A program made the translations under genes and the position numbers. A stretch of 63,719 bases of DNA, the filler included, from Chiloscyllium plagiosum (taxonomy: Eukaryota): NCBI RefSeq assembly GCF_004010195.1. It is 5 parts of one record of this genome, joined end to end, with 100 filler letters (N's around TTAATTAATTAA, not from the genome) between each part and the next. Parts side by side here need not be neighbours in the genome. Positions count along the whole stretch, not along the records: positions 60,254 to 63,719 come from NC_057714.1; 4 more parts are not named here. The stretch is one strand, 5' to 3'. The notes under the pieces are model-generated. The model saw only the letters and a program-made list of their open reading frames with translations, was not told the origin of the DNA and searched no databases. Every line of letters begins with the position of its first letter. Within the stretch, counting starts at the first letter, position 1. Positions 62,309 through 63,719 of the stretch are shown here, piece after piece.

Positions 62309-62570
62309 TAGATTAGATTAGATTATTTACAGTGTGGAAACAGGCCCTTCGGCCCAACAAGTCCACTCCGACCCTCCGAAGAGCAACCCACTCAGACCCA
62401 TTCCTCTACATTTACCCCTTCACCTAACACTATGGGCTATTTAGCAAGGCCAATTCACCTAACCTACACATTTTTGAACTGCGGGAGGAAACCGGAGCAC
62501 CCGGAAGAAACCCACGTAGACACGGATCGAATGTGCAAACTCCACACAGACAGTTGCCTGAGGCAGGAAC
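62309..62570 (-). mobile_element. HE1-type V-SINE, 5'-truncated
   Basis: (TAGAT)n tail and V-domain on the - strand; tRNA head missing. Confidence 0.85.
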
Positions 62571-62959
62571 TCCACAGGTTTTCGTGTTGTCAAGATTTTG
62601 TTGGGTGACAGAGATAATGAGAGTCTGGATAATTTTCTGGTGTTTGTGATGAAATATTTTCAACCTTATGTCTAGTGTAACACTGTTCATGCTTTTACTT
62701 TATTCATGTGTTTAGTAACTAATCTCCAGAATCAACAGAGATACAGCTACAGTCCATTAGGCCAGGATTTGTCTGGTGTTAATAGCACCTGAGATTGTAA
62801 CACAAGCGGCAGAACAGTGGCAGGCAACCTCTATGCAGCAATGTGACAATCAGAATTTATTTTCATGCTGTTCACTGGAGGATAAATGTTAATCAGAACA
62901 GCAAGTCACACCCATTTACTACCCCCAACAGGGAAAAATAGTCATACTTATACCAAAGG

Positions 62960-63448
62960 GCAGAAAGTTGTAAAACTTGACACGGTTCAGAAAAGATTTA
63001 TAAGGATGTTGCCAGGGTTGGAGGGTTTGAGCTATAGGAAGAGGCTGAATAGACTGGGTTATTTTCCCTGGAGTGTAGAAGATTGAGGAGTGACCATATA
63101 GTAGTTCATTAAATGTTGAGGGGCATTGATAGGGTGAATAGGCAAGGTCAATTCCGTAGGAAAGTCCAAAGCTAGAGGGCATAGGTTTAAGGTGAGAGGG
63201 GAAGGATTTAAAAAGGATCCAAGGAGCATCTTTTTCAAGCATTGGATGGTGAGTGTATGGAATGCGCTGCCAGGAGACATGGTGGACGCTGGTACGATTA
63301 CAACATTTAAAAGGCACCTGGATCGGTATATGAATAAGAAGGGTTTAGAGGGATATCGGCTAAATTTTGGCAAATGGGACGATTCATTTAGGCTATCTGG
63401 TTGGCATGGACAAGTTGGACCCAAGGGTCTGTTTCTGTGCAGCATGTC
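62960..63448 (+). mobile_element. CR1 LINE 3' fragment
   Basis: Reads VVKLDTVQKRFIRMLPGLEGLSYRKRLNRLG...VWNALPGDMVDAGTITTFKRHLDRYM. Confidence 0.85.
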
Positions 63449-63487
63449 TAAGATTTTAATAAAGGCCTCACAAAAGATACAATCCCA

Positions 63488-63719
63488 TCGACAGGTGAAA
63501 CACAGACCCCTACCTCAGGCAAAATACACGTTCCTTGGAGAGGTAGGATACAGAACCTCCCCAACCCTCCCCCACGGACAGGTGGGATACAGACCCCTCC
63601 CTCCTCAGACGGGTGGGATACAGACACCCCCCACTCGTCGGACAAGAGGGATACAGACGCCCCCCCATCCTCGGACAGGTGGGATACAGGCGCCCCCCCC
63701 CATCCTTGGACAGGTGGGA
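63488..63719. repeat. GC-rich minisatellite (about 30-35 bp unit), runs off the window end
   Basis: Repeats of GACAGGTGGGATACAGAC followed by a C-run. Confidence 0.8.

Overview
Vertebrate genomic DNA, very probably a shark: it carries HE1-type V-SINEs and dense CR1 and Penelope repeats. It is a scaffold with four artificial 100-bp joins (N44-TTAATTAATTAA-N44) and two plain N gaps. On the + strand, 1-53.2 kb holds exons of an obscurin (OBSCN)-type gene. These are four symmetric phase-1 Ig exons (1657-1932, 10303-10578, 18631-18912, 23226-23501), a candidate 102-nt linker exon (29641-29742) and the first three exons of kinase domain 1 (37270-37357, 47104-47304, 51902-51962). The last two kinase exons are separated by a U12-type (minor spliceosome) intron. 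The large obscurin middle region expected between the Ig repeats and kinase 1 is absent, and a scaffold join lies at that point. After the join at 53.2 kb the locus changes. The - strand has the first two coding exons of GDP-L-fucose synthase (GFUS/TSTA3; 61449-61606, 60706-60820), which the ORF track misses, plus unidentified candidate exons. Introns are filled with CR1, L1, Tx1, RTE, Gypsy-like and Penelope-like relics. Many short palindromic Penelope-derived inserts carry target-site duplications and minimal hammerhead-ribozyme cores. All homology calls come from recalled family motifs; no searches were run.
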